From Candidatus Hungatella pullicola (GTDB lineage Bacteria; Bacillota; Clostridia; Lachnospirales; Lachnospiraceae): a DNA stretch of 64,000 nucleotides. Position 1 is the stretch's first letter. Every line of letters starts with the position of its first letter. The notes under the pieces were generated by a model. That model searched no databases, was not told the DNA's origin, and saw only the letters and a program-made list of their open reading frames with translations. This document shows, piece by piece, positions 27,143-34,409 of the stretch. The DNA lies in the NCBI GenBank assembly GCA_019114305.1, contig DXFU01000087.1, positions 616 through 64,615 of the forward strand, read 5' to 3'. Both the position numbers and the translations under genes were made by a program.

Positions 27143-27382
27143 TTATTCCTCCGGGGCTTTGGGAATAATGACAGCGGCGGCAAAATAGACGATAATACTG
27201 CTTCCCAAAATAGAAATACCGAAAAAAGAATCAAACATATGGCGCCAAGGCTGGCAAAGAGCCAGAAGAACCCAGATGAGCCGAATAATCACTGGATCAA
27301 TATGAAAATACTCTCCGATTCCTCCGCAAACGCCGCACAAAACCTTATTCTTTACAGAGCGATAAAGCTTCTTTGTCTCCAT
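27143..27382 (-). CDS. PspC-domain membrane protein (paralogue 1)
   Basis: 79 aa with LYRSVKNKVLCGVCGGIGEYFHIDPVIIRLIWVLLA. Confidence 0.85.
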   Translation of the reverse strand: METKKLYRSVKNKVLCGVCGGIGEYFHIDPVIIRLIWVLLALCQPWRHMFDSFFGISILGSSIIVYFAAAVIIPKAPEE

Positions 27383-27446
27383 AAAACCACCTTCCCCCTC
27401 TATTTCTCATGATATTATTTTATAACATATATTATATGATCCATAT

Positions 27447-27467
27447 ATATTATATTTCATATAATAT
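27447..27467. promoter_or_regulatory. Inverted repeat ATATTATAT-N3-ATATAATAT overlapping the -10 element (candidate operator)
   Basis: Perfect 9-bp arms. A related CATATA-T-TATATG palindrome lies at 27426-27438. The region is AT-rich low-complexity sequence, so chance palindromes are likely. Confidence 0.35.
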
Positions 27468-27477
27468 TAGATGTCAA
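27449..27477 (-). promoter_or_regulatory. Consensus sigma-A promoter upstream of pspC paralogue 1
   Basis: The minus strand reads TTGACA (27477-27472), a 17-nt spacer, then TATAAT (27454-27449). Both hexamers and the spacing are perfect. Confidence 0.65.
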
Positions 27478-27592
27478 TATATATTGTGCAGAATAGAAAT
27501 AATTTTACATCAAAGATTGACCGGTATAAAATGATTTCTTATAATAAAAATAGATTTAATAAAATAAATTGAGAAACAAGGAGGAAGCCTCT

Positions 27593-27997
27593 GTGAACCT
27601 GAAATCTGCTGAAATTGATGATATGGATCTTTTACTATCCAACGATTCACATATAAACAGAGACGAACTGGAAAATCTCATCCGCTTGAATCGCGTTTTC
27701 TTAATAGAATATGAGGGAACCTTCGCAGGGTGGTTTCGGTATAACCTGTTTTGGGATGCCATTCCCTTTTTAAATCTTCTCTATATTTTTAAAGAGTTCA
27801 GGGGATCAGGACTTGGCCGACAGGCTGTCACCTTCTGGGAACAGGACATGAAAAGAGCCGGATATTCCCTGGTTATGACCTCAACGGTCTCCGGGGAATT
27901 TGCCCAGCATTTTTATTACAAACTGGGCTACCAGGCAGTGGGCGGCTTCATGCTCGCAAATGAACCCTATGAAATAATTCTCCAGAAATGTCTGTAA
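27593..27997 (+). CDS. GNAT-family N-acetyltransferase
   Basis: The acetyl-CoA motif FRGSGLGRQAV. I placed the start at GTG 27593, with AAGGAGGA 7 nt upstream. The ORF-track TTG at 27569 has no RBS. Confidence 0.8.
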   Translation: MNLKSAEIDDMDLLLSNDSHINRDELENLIRLNRVFLIEYEGTFAGWFRYNLFWDAIPFLNLLYIFKEFRGSGLGRQAVTFWEQDMKRAGYSLVMTSTVSGEFAQHFYYKLGYQAVGGFMLANEPYEIILQKCL

Positions 27998-28005
27998 GCC
28001 TGTCT

Positions 28006-28041
28006 GCGGGCCGGCATGGCCTTTCAGTCATGCCGGCCCGC
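28006..28041. terminator. 13-bp GC-rich hairpin between convergent GNAT and DD-carboxypeptidase genes
   Basis: GCGGGCCGGCATG and CATGCCGGCCCGC form the arms. Neither side has a clean U tract. Confidence 0.5.
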
Positions 28042-28099
28042 GGCAATGAAATTATTTTCTTACTGACAGATCCTTTTTAAAGCTGCTTCACACCATTTC

Positions 28100-29329
28100 C
28101 TATAGAAACATCCTTCTCCACACCTGCTCCATATAATCCAGAAAACCGGCCCGCTCCACCCTTCCTGCTGCCATCACTTTCACCTTCCCCAGTTCTTTTC
28201 CCTCAAGAGAATACACAAGCTCTCCCACCTCACTGTTCTCCTCTACAGGAGCCTCTATAGATTCCGGAAGCCGAAGATTTTTTTCAATGGCGGACAGATC
28301 CTCTCCGTTAATGCTGAGATAAGAAAATTCTCCTCCATATTTTAAAGGAACAGACATTGCTACTCCTTTTCTTACTTCCATCTGAGGCAGCACCGGCATT
28401 TCTTCATCCCGGTACAGCTGACAGGAAGCGAATCCATAATCCAGAAGTTTTTTCGCCTCCTCAAACCTTATCTTATAGTCCGGAGCGCCCATAATAACAG
28501 CAATCAAATCAACCCCGTCCTTTGTGGCCGTTGCGGAGACACAGTATTTTGCCAGGGAGGTGGATCCAGTTTTCAAACCAGTTACCTGAAAATTCGCTGC
28601 CATTTTCAGAAGCTTATTGGTATTTGCAAGGCCAAATTCTTTTGAACCTTTATCTGTCACATGAGTAATATTTTCCATCCATATGGTAGAATAGTTATGT
28701 ATCTGAGGATATTTGGTAATCAGTTCCCGGGACATAATGGCCACATCTCTGGCTGTTGTTACATGGGTAGGAGAATCTGTCAGGCCGCAGCAATCCTCAA
28801 AATTTGTGTTGTTCATTCCCAGCCCCTTTGCCCTCTCATTCATCATTTTTACAAATTCCTCTTCTGAGCCGGCTATATATTCTGCCATTGCTACAGAGGC
28901 GTCATTGCCGGACGCCACCACAATACATTTAATCAGCGTTTCTACTGACTGCTGCTCTCCTTCCTCCAAAAACACCTGGGATCCTCCCATAGATTTTGCT
29001 CTTGCACTGGTAACTACCTGATCAGTCATTTGAATTTTTCCCGATTCCAGAGCATCGAAAATCAAGATAAGAGTCATAATTTTTGTAATGCTGGCGGGGC
29101 TCCTCTTCTGATCTCCTTCCTTCTCATAAATTACCTGGCCTGTGGATGCCTCCATAAGAATACCGCTGGGTGACTGAAGATCAGGCCCCCCGGCAGTACT
29201 GCCGCCGTCTGCCTGGGCAAATATCAGATCAGAAGCAGCGGCAACATCCGGCTCTCTGGCCCAAATTTCACCACTTATGGACGAAAACAGCAAAAAAAAG
29301 GCCAGAAAAACTGCCCCTATTTTTTTCAT
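28100..29329 (-). CDS. D-alanyl-D-alanine carboxypeptidase (PBP5/DacB/DacF-type)
   Basis: Signal peptide followed by the SxxK (SITK), SGN (ASGNDA) and KTG (LKTGST) motifs. Confidence 0.9.
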   Translation of the reverse strand: MKKIGAVFLAFFLLFSSISGEIWAREPDVAAASDLIFAQADGGSTAGGPDLQSPSGILMEASTGQVIYEKEGDQKRSPASITKIMTLILIFDALESGKIQMTDQVVTSARAKSMGGSQVFLEEGEQQSVETLIKCIVVASGNDASVAMAEYIAGSEEEFVKMMNERAKGLGMNNTNFEDCCGLTDSPTHVTTARDVAIMSRELITKYPQIHNYSTIWMENITHVTDKGSKEFGLANTNKLLKMAANFQVTGLKTGSTSLAKYCVSATATKDGVDLIAVIMGAPDYKIRFEEAKKLLDYGFASCQLYRDEEMPVLPQMEVRKGVAMSVPLKYGGEFSYLSINGEDLSAIEKNLRLPESIEAPVEENSEVGELVYSLEGKELGKVKVMAAGRVERAGFLDYMEQVWRRMFL

Positions 29330-29498
29330 CTCATTCTCTCCCTACAATTCCTTAATCCATTTTATGGAAGCGCCCTGCACTCTTATGTCATTTCTTTAAA
29401 AAATTCCTTAAATTTTTCTTCCCGGATTTCTTATTAATGGAAAATATGTTATACTTGTGCCAATCAAATAAGAGTATAGAAAAAGTAGAGGTTTTATA

Positions 29499-30911
29499 AT
29501 GGATATTGATGATTACCGCAAACGAGTAGCAAAACGCAGAAAAAAGAGAGCGTTTCAGAATCTTCTTCTTATTATTGCATTAATTCTGGTTTTATGTCTC
29601 ACTGTTTTTGCCATATTTACACTAATAAAACACACCGGAAAAGCAGCCCCTGTCTCCTCAGTGACAGAAAATTCTTTCGCTTTTGCCACTTCCAGTCAGG
29701 CATGGGAATCTGGCGAAACGGATGTTCCTCCTTCCCTTCCGGCTGTGGAAACAGCAAAAGACCTCCTTGCAGAAGCGGAACAGCTTGCCCTGCAATACGA
29801 CTATGACGGAGCCATAAAACTGATTCAGTCGGATGAGTCTTTGGCCTCTTCTCCTGAAGGGCTGGAGAAAATCTCCCAGTATCAGTCCACCAAGGACACC
29901 CTTGTACGGATTAATCCAGAAGAAGTTACCCATGTATTCTTTCACTCTCTGATTATGGATACCTCAAAAGCCTTTGACGGCGATTCCAGACAGAATGGCT
30001 ACAACCAGATGATGACTACAGCTTCTGAGTTTATTAAAATAATGGAGTCCATGTATGAAAAAGGCTACGTGCTGGTACGCCTTCATGATCTGGCATATGA
30101 AACCACAGACGACCAGGGAAACCCCGTATTTGTCTACGGCGATATTATGCTTCCGCCGGGGAAAAAGGCATTTGTTCTGTCTCAGGATGACGTATGTTAT
30201 TACGAATATATGGAAGGAGATGGATTTGCATCCCGTATTGTCATAGGGGAGGATGGCTATCCTACCTGTGAAATGAAGCTGGAGGATGGTACTGTGGTTA
30301 CCGGTGACTACGACCTGGTTCCTATTCTGGAACGGTTTATTCAGGAACATCCTGATTTCTCCTACAAGGGCGCAAGAGGCGTTCTGGCGTTTACTGGATA
30401 CAATGGCATATTAGGCTACCGCACAGATGAATCCTATAAAGATACCAATCCCACTTACGAGGAAGACAGAAAACAGGCCGCTCAGGTTGCCCAGTGTCTG
30501 AAAGAGCATGGCTGGGAACTGGCCTCTCACAGCTGGGGACATCGGAATATGGGGTCAATTTCCATGGAACATTTCCGCCTGGATTGTGATAAATGGGAAG
30601 CCAATGTCGAAACCCTGATCGGGCCAACTGATATTATCCTCTTCCCCTTTGGAAGCGATATTGGAAGCTGGAAGCCTTACACAGATGACAACGAGCGCTT
30701 TGCCTACTTAAAATCCCTGGGCTTCCGCTATTTCTGCAATGTAGATGCCAGCAAGCCTTACTGGGTACAGATGGGGCAGGATCATTTCAGACAGGGAAGA
30801 CGGAATCTGGACGGATACCGGATGTACTATAATCCAGACAGTTTAACCGATCTTTTTGATGTTTCCCAGGTGTTTGACCCTTCCAGACCCCTTCCAGTTC
30901 CTCCCATGTAG
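29499..30911 (+). CDS. Membrane-anchored polysaccharide deacetylase (NodB-homology) family protein
   Basis: N-terminal TM helix and a C-terminal region with LSQDD and HSWGH motifs. Confidence 0.65.
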   Translation: MDIDDYRKRVAKRRKKRAFQNLLLIIALILVLCLTVFAIFTLIKHTGKAAPVSSVTENSFAFATSSQAWESGETDVPPSLPAVETAKDLLAEAEQLALQYDYDGAIKLIQSDESLASSPEGLEKISQYQSTKDTLVRINPEEVTHVFFHSLIMDTSKAFDGDSRQNGYNQMMTTASEFIKIMESMYEKGYVLVRLHDLAYETTDDQGNPVFVYGDIMLPPGKKAFVLSQDDVCYYEYMEGDGFASRIVIGEDGYPTCEMKLEDGTVVTGDYDLVPILERFIQEHPDFSYKGARGVLAFTGYNGILGYRTDESYKDTNPTYEEDRKQAAQVAQCLKEHGWELASHSWGHRNMGSISMEHFRLDCDKWEANVETLIGPTDIILFPFGSDIGSWKPYTDDNERFAYLKSLGFRYFCNVDASKPYWVQMGQDHFRQGRRNLDGYRMYYNPDSLTDLFDVSQVFDPSRPLPVPPM

Positions 30912-30951
30912 CCTTTCACATGCTACCGGCAATAAAGGAAAGGAAACAAAA

Positions 30952-30997
30952 AATCCTTCAATATCAGCTCGTTTTATAGCGCTGATATTGAAGGATT
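30952..30997. terminator. Bidirectional intrinsic terminator
   Basis: 17-bp stem AATCCTTCAATATCAGC / GCTGATATTGAAGGATT, flanked by an A-run on the left and a T-run on the right. It lies between two convergent genes. Confidence 0.7.
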
Positions 30998-31025
30998 TTC
31001 TGTTCACTTACTGTTTTATACCGTA

Positions 31026-31976
31026 TTAAAACTGCACCACATCTCTAATAGGCTGGGCAGATGTCACTGACTCTGCGTAAAGCACAGGGCCCTCTCCATC
31101 ATAATCCTTCCAGAACTCATAAGCGATTTTTGCCCGAACAGTTACCCACTGCTTTGTCTCCAGATCTTTGGCTTCCCTGGCCTTTGTAATAAATCCCAGA
31201 AAAGTCATATCATCGGCACAACAAGTCATGGCCATTCTGCCCGGAACAAAGTAATTCCTTGGAAATTCCGGAGATTTTAATACCATAGCGGTAAATTCCA
31301 CCACTTTCCCTTCGTACCGGTCTCTTCGATCCATACAGTCAATATACCAGATTCCATAATCCTCAGGTTTAATTTTTATTACATCAGCGCTGACATCATA
31401 AGGAAGATCCTCGTCAGCAATTTCATCTATCTCTCCCTGGGAATCCTCAAACACAATTTCCCCTCTCTGACACATAGCCTTCAGGGTTCTGCGGTATCCT
31501 GACAGATCCTCAATCCCATCACAACGATTACAGATAACCAGTTCAGAATCCCTCACCATGGAATACAGCAAAGGCTTCATATTGGCAGAGTACAAATCAA
31601 ATGTAGACATATCAATAATTGTAATCTGTTGATAAATTCTCCAGCTGTCAGGCAGCCTCAGCTTATCCAAATTCCACATCCCATTCCACTCAATCAGAAT
31701 TCGTTCCGGATTGTTGAGTAGCTCCAGTTCAAACAGACGCTCTGGAGTCATATCCGCCAAGCTGTCAATGTAAACCACTGATGTTTTTGACCGCTTCAAC
31801 AGCTGCTCATCATATTCATTCTCCCCTTCCTCGCATACCAGAAGCAGAGTCTTTCCATCTGTCTGGAAATAATCCTGATCCATAGTAAACTGAAGGAACT
31901 GGGTCTTTCCCGCTTCCAGGAATCCATCTATCAGGAATACTGGAATAAAATCCTCTTCCATTTCATAGTTATTCAT
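31026..31976 (-). CDS. Divergent COG0523-like P-loop GTPase lacking the CxCC motif, with a C-terminal CC-x-x-D domain
   Basis: Walker A GFLEAGKT, CEEGENEYD in place of ENEFGE, and NRCD in the G4 position. There is no GCICC motif. The C-terminal GRMAMTCCADDMTFLGF resembles the DUF1980/TIGR03943 C-terminal domain as I recall it. I placed the start at ATG 31976, 4 nt after the upstream TGA (RBS GGTGATGG). Confidence 0.6.
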   Translation of the reverse strand: MNNYEMEEDFIPVFLIDGFLEAGKTQFLQFTMDQDYFQTDGKTLLLVCEEGENEYDEQLLKRSKTSVVYIDSLADMTPERLFELELLNNPERILIEWNGMWNLDKLRLPDSWRIYQQITIIDMSTFDLYSANMKPLLYSMVRDSELVICNRCDGIEDLSGYRRTLKAMCQRGEIVFEDSQGEIDEIADEDLPYDVSADVIKIKPEDYGIWYIDCMDRRDRYEGKVVEFTAMVLKSPEFPRNYFVPGRMAMTCCADDMTFLGFITKAREAKDLETKQWVTVRAKIAYEFWKDYDGEGPVLYAESVTSAQPIRDVVQF

Positions 31977-31980
31977 TCCA

Positions 31981-33168
31981 TCACCTGCCAAATACTTTCT
32001 TTAATTCTTCTTCCTTTAACTTGGCGCCAATTACGCATACCTTTCCAGTATATTCCGGCTTCCCTTCACGAATTTCATACTGTTCCGGAACCAGGTCAAA
32101 GTAGAACCATTTTCCCTGTTCCCCGGCTGGAACCATACCCTTAGCCCGCAGTACATCTCCATACTGATTGCCGTAAGCCAGCTCATCCAGAATCTGCTCC
32201 AGCTTTTCTCTTGATATAGCAGAAACATTCTCCATACCCCAGCTGGTAAATACCTCATCTGCATGATGGTGATGATGGTCATGGCCGCAGCCGCATTCTT
32301 CCTCATGATCGTGGTGATGGTGCTCATGATCGTGGCCGCAGCTGCACTCTTCCTCATGGTCGTGATGATGGTGCTCATGATCGTGGCCGCAGCCGCACTC
32401 TTCCTCATGGTCGTGATGATGGTGCTCATGATCATGGCCGCAGCCACATTCTTCCTCATGGTGGTGATGATGGTGCTCATGATCATGGCCGCAGCCGCAT
32501 TCTTCCCCATGGTGGTGGTGATGCTCGTGGTGATAAGCTTCCACTTCTCTCATCAGATCCTCTGCCATAGTATCCGGTTTTTCAATAATTTCAAGAAGCT
32601 GACTTCCTGTTAACTGCTGGCACGGAGTAGTGACAATTGCAGCTTTTGGGTTATGCTCCCGAATCATTTCCACCACCTGATTTACCTTATCCGCAGGGGC
32701 AATATCCGTACGGCTGAGGACAATGGTTCCGGCATTTTCAATCTGGTTATTAAAGAATTCACCAAAATTCTTCATATACATTTTGCACTTCATCGCATCC
32801 GCAATGGTTACCGCGCTGTTGAGAGTTACGTCAATTTCAGATGCCACATCTCTTACTGCCTTCATAACATCAGACAGCTTTCCTACTCCAGAAGGTTCAA
32901 TAATAACACGGTCCGGATTGTATTTCGTCAGAACCTCTGCCAGAGACTTTCCAAAATCACCTACCAGAGAACAGCAGATACAGCCGGAATTCATTTCCCG
33001 AATTTCAATGCCGGAATCCTTTAAAAAACCGCCGTCAATACCGATCTCGCCAAACTCGTTTTCAATGAGAACCACCTGCTCTCCAGCAATAGCCTCCTCT
33101 AAAAGCTTTTTTATAAAGGTTGTTTTTCCCGCTCCCAAAAAGCCAGATATAATATCAATTTTTGTCAT
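31981..33168 (-). CDS. COG0523 (CobW/YjiA/ZigA-type) metallochaperone GTPase with a long His/Cys-rich insert
   Basis: Walker A GFLGAGKTT, ENEFGEIGIDG, the CxCC motif GCICCS and the motifs IIEPSGV and SRTD. A ~90-aa stretch consists of (HDHEHHHHDHEEECGCG) repeats, followed by a CobW_C-like end. Confidence 0.88.
   Translation of the reverse strand: MTKIDIISGFLGAGKTTFIKKLLEEAIAGEQVVLIENEFGEIGIDGGFLKDSGIEIREMNSGCICCSLVGDFGKSLAEVLTKYNPDRVIIEPSGVGKLSDVMKAVRDVASEIDVTLNSAVTIADAMKCKMYMKNFGEFFNNQIENAGTIVLSRTDIAPADKVNQVVEMIREHNPKAAIVTTPCQQLTGSQLLEIIEKPDTMAEDLMREVEAYHHEHHHHHGEECGCGHDHEHHHHHHEEECGCGHDHEHHHHDHEEECGCGHDHEHHHHDHEEECSCGHDHEHHHHDHEEECGCGHDHHHHHADEVFTSWGMENVSAISREKLEQILDELAYGNQYGDVLRAKGMVPAGEQGKWFYFDLVPEQYEIREGKPEYTGKVCVIGAKLKEEELKKVFGR
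32263..32532 (-). repeat. 51-bp (17-codon) in-frame tandem repeat array inside the COG0523 gene
   Basis: Four full units at 32305-32355, 32356-32406, 32407-32457 and 32458-32508, plus partial units on both flanks. The units differ at a few mostly synonymous positions. Confidence 0.95.
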
Positions 33169-33365
33169 ATTCGTTTAACCTCTTTTCTTTCCAGAGTTTC
33201 CAGTTAACTACAACTACCTATTCTGTCACAAACCAATGTTAAAGTCAAGCCACAGCTATCTGTTTGCCTTTGTATTGTCTTCAATATTATACATCCAAAA
33301 GTCCTTTTGTAAAGTACTGTCATCTATGCAGCCTGATAAAATCCCTCTGAATCCGTCTTTCTGCC

Positions 33366-33412
33366 AAACAAAAAACACCCTGCGGACCACCTTTCCAAAA
33401 CTAATCCGCAGG
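33366..33412 (-). terminator. Intrinsic terminator after the DtxR/MntR-family gene
   Basis: The minus strand reads CCTGCGGA-(loop)-TCCGCAGG, followed by GTGTTTTTTGTTT. Confidence 0.7.
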
Positions 33413-33418
33413 ATGCTT

Positions 33419-33781
33419 TTAATTTTTTTTCATAAATCTTTTTATCCCTTGAAAAACCTCATCACTGATAATATGCTCCATACGGCAGGCGTCCTCTTCC
33501 GCCACCTCTCTATCTACCTCAGCCACCTTCTGTAAAAATGCTGTAAGCATTTTATGGCGTTCATATACGCTTTCTGCCTTCTGTCGTCCTTTATCTGTCA
33601 ATTCAATCTCACCCTTAGGGCCTACCGTGATATACCCGTCTTCCTTCAGGATGCCTATGGCACGGCTTACACTGGGCTTACTGAAATTCAGCTGATGAGC
33701 AATATCTATGGAGCGAACCATACCGTTCTTCTCCTTCAGCCTCAAAATAGTTTCAAGGTAATTCTCACCTGACTCGTACAT
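33419..33781 (-). CDS. DtxR/MntR-family metal-dependent transcriptional repressor (two-domain, no SH3-like domain)
   Basis: MYESGENYLETI...SIDIAHQLNFSKPSVSRAI...LTDKG...HKMLTAFL...EEDACRMEHIIS. I placed the start at ATG 33781 (RBS AGGAGGAG). Confidence 0.85.
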   Translation of the reverse strand: MYESGENYLETILRLKEKNGMVRSIDIAHQLNFSKPSVSRAIGILKEDGYITVGPKGEIELTDKGRQKAESVYERHKMLTAFLQKVAEVDREVAEEDACRMEHIISDEVFQGIKRFMKKN

Positions 33782-33866
33782 GGTATGTATCTCCTCCTGA
33801 CAAAAGAAACTGTCTTCTGCTACTATCATATACGATTTCCAACTATAAGTCCAGTTTCTTTCCCAA

Positions 33867-34157
33867 TTATTGTACAGCAAAGGAGTCTTCTTGGGAGGTG
33901 CATTCGATATGATACATATTCTTTCTCTTGATCAGACCGATTTCCTCCAAGGTCTTTACCATTCGATAAACCGTTGCCATTCCGATTGAAGGGTCTTTTT
34001 CCAATGCCTGATAATACATTTCCTTGCAGCAGCAGCATTCGTCTTCCAATATAATATCAATCAGGATTTTCCTCTGGGTGGTAATTCTGCATCCATGGGC
34101 CTTCAATTCCTGAATAATATACCGGCGTTTTGCATCCATCACTGCTGTATCTGTCAT
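33867..34157 (-). CDS. Fur-family protein consisting of the winged-helix DNA-binding domain only, with a CCCC motif
   Basis: 96 aa. ITTQRKILIDIILEDECCCCKEMYYQALEKDPSIGMATVYRMVKTLEEIGLI aligns with B. subtilis Fur LTPQREATVRVLLENEEDHLSAEDVY...IGLATVYRTLELL. The sequence stops about 20 aa after the wing. RBS GAGGAGGGG. Confidence 0.75.
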   Translation of the reverse strand: MTDTAVMDAKRRYIIQELKAHGCRITTQRKILIDIILEDECCCCKEMYYQALEKDPSIGMATVYRMVKTLEEIGLIKRKNMYHIECTSQEDSFAVQ

Positions 34158-34172
34158 TGTTTACCCCTCCTC

Positions 34173-34373
34173 TCAAGATTTTTTCTTTTTTGCCTTATAT
34201 GCCGCCCCATGACTTACGCAGCCGTGGCAGTGGCCGCCGCAGCCGCTGCAATTACATCCGCAGCTGCAGGTTCCCCTGTTTCTGTAAATGCTGCGGATCG
34301 CAAGCCCAGTCAAAATAATCAGGATTACGGAAATAATAATTGTTGCCCCATTGGCAGCCAGCCACGCTATCAT
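34173..34373 (-). CDS. FeoB-associated Cys-rich membrane protein
   Basis: 66 aa with one TM helix, then CSCGCNCSGCGGHCHGC and a Lys-rich end. It lies immediately downstream of feoB. Confidence 0.8.
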   Translation of the reverse strand: MIAWLAANGATIIISVILIILTGLAIRSIYRNRGTCSCGCNCSGCGGHCHGCVSHGAAYKAKKKKS

Positions 34374-34409
34374 AAAATACCTCTTTTCTCTAAAACATCA
34401 ATTCTTAAG

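Noticed and set aside
26950-27234. 94-aa minus-strand ORF spanning the padR-pspC intergenic region, and the 27017 start for padR.
   Set aside because: It overlaps the pspC 3' end, has no RBS and contains no motif. PadR homology begins at the ATG at 26960, which has an RBS.
27383-27568. Very AT-rich ~190-bp block with many short ATAT-type repeats, considered as a possible mobile-element scar or origin-like element.
   Set aside because: It has no terminal inverted repeats, DnaA boxes or flanking direct repeats. It is adequately explained as a divergent promoter/operator region between pspC and the GNAT gene.
32031-32613. ORFs 32031-32510 (-) and 32263-32613 (+), with repetitive AAAAMIMSTIITTMRK and MMVMMVMAAAAFFLM peptides.
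   Set aside because: These are alternative-frame and antisense readings of the 51-bp His/Cys repeat array in the COG0523 gene, so they are artefacts of the repeat. The array is also not a CRISPR: it has no spacers and is in-frame coding sequence.
33195-33215. Possible operator palindrome AGTTTCCAGTTAACTACAACT upstream of the COG0523 pair (Zur/AdcR-like?).
   Set aside because: Only the central AGTTAACT is a true palindrome, and the outer AGTT/AACT arms are off-register by 1 nt. It does not match the Zur, Fur or AdcR consensus sequences I know, so it is too weak to call.
33169-33365. Searched this and all other intergenic regions longer than 100 nt for riboswitches (B12, SAM, T-box), tRNAs and small RNAs. 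The other regions were 5947-6080, 7691-7841, 27383-27592, 29330-29498, 37105-37305, 45522-45729 and 53598-53716.
   Set aside because: I recognised no B12 box, no T-box specifier or T-box sequence, no S-box core and no tRNA cloverleaf. These regions are explained by promoters, terminators and leaders. A covariance-model scan would be needed for certainty.
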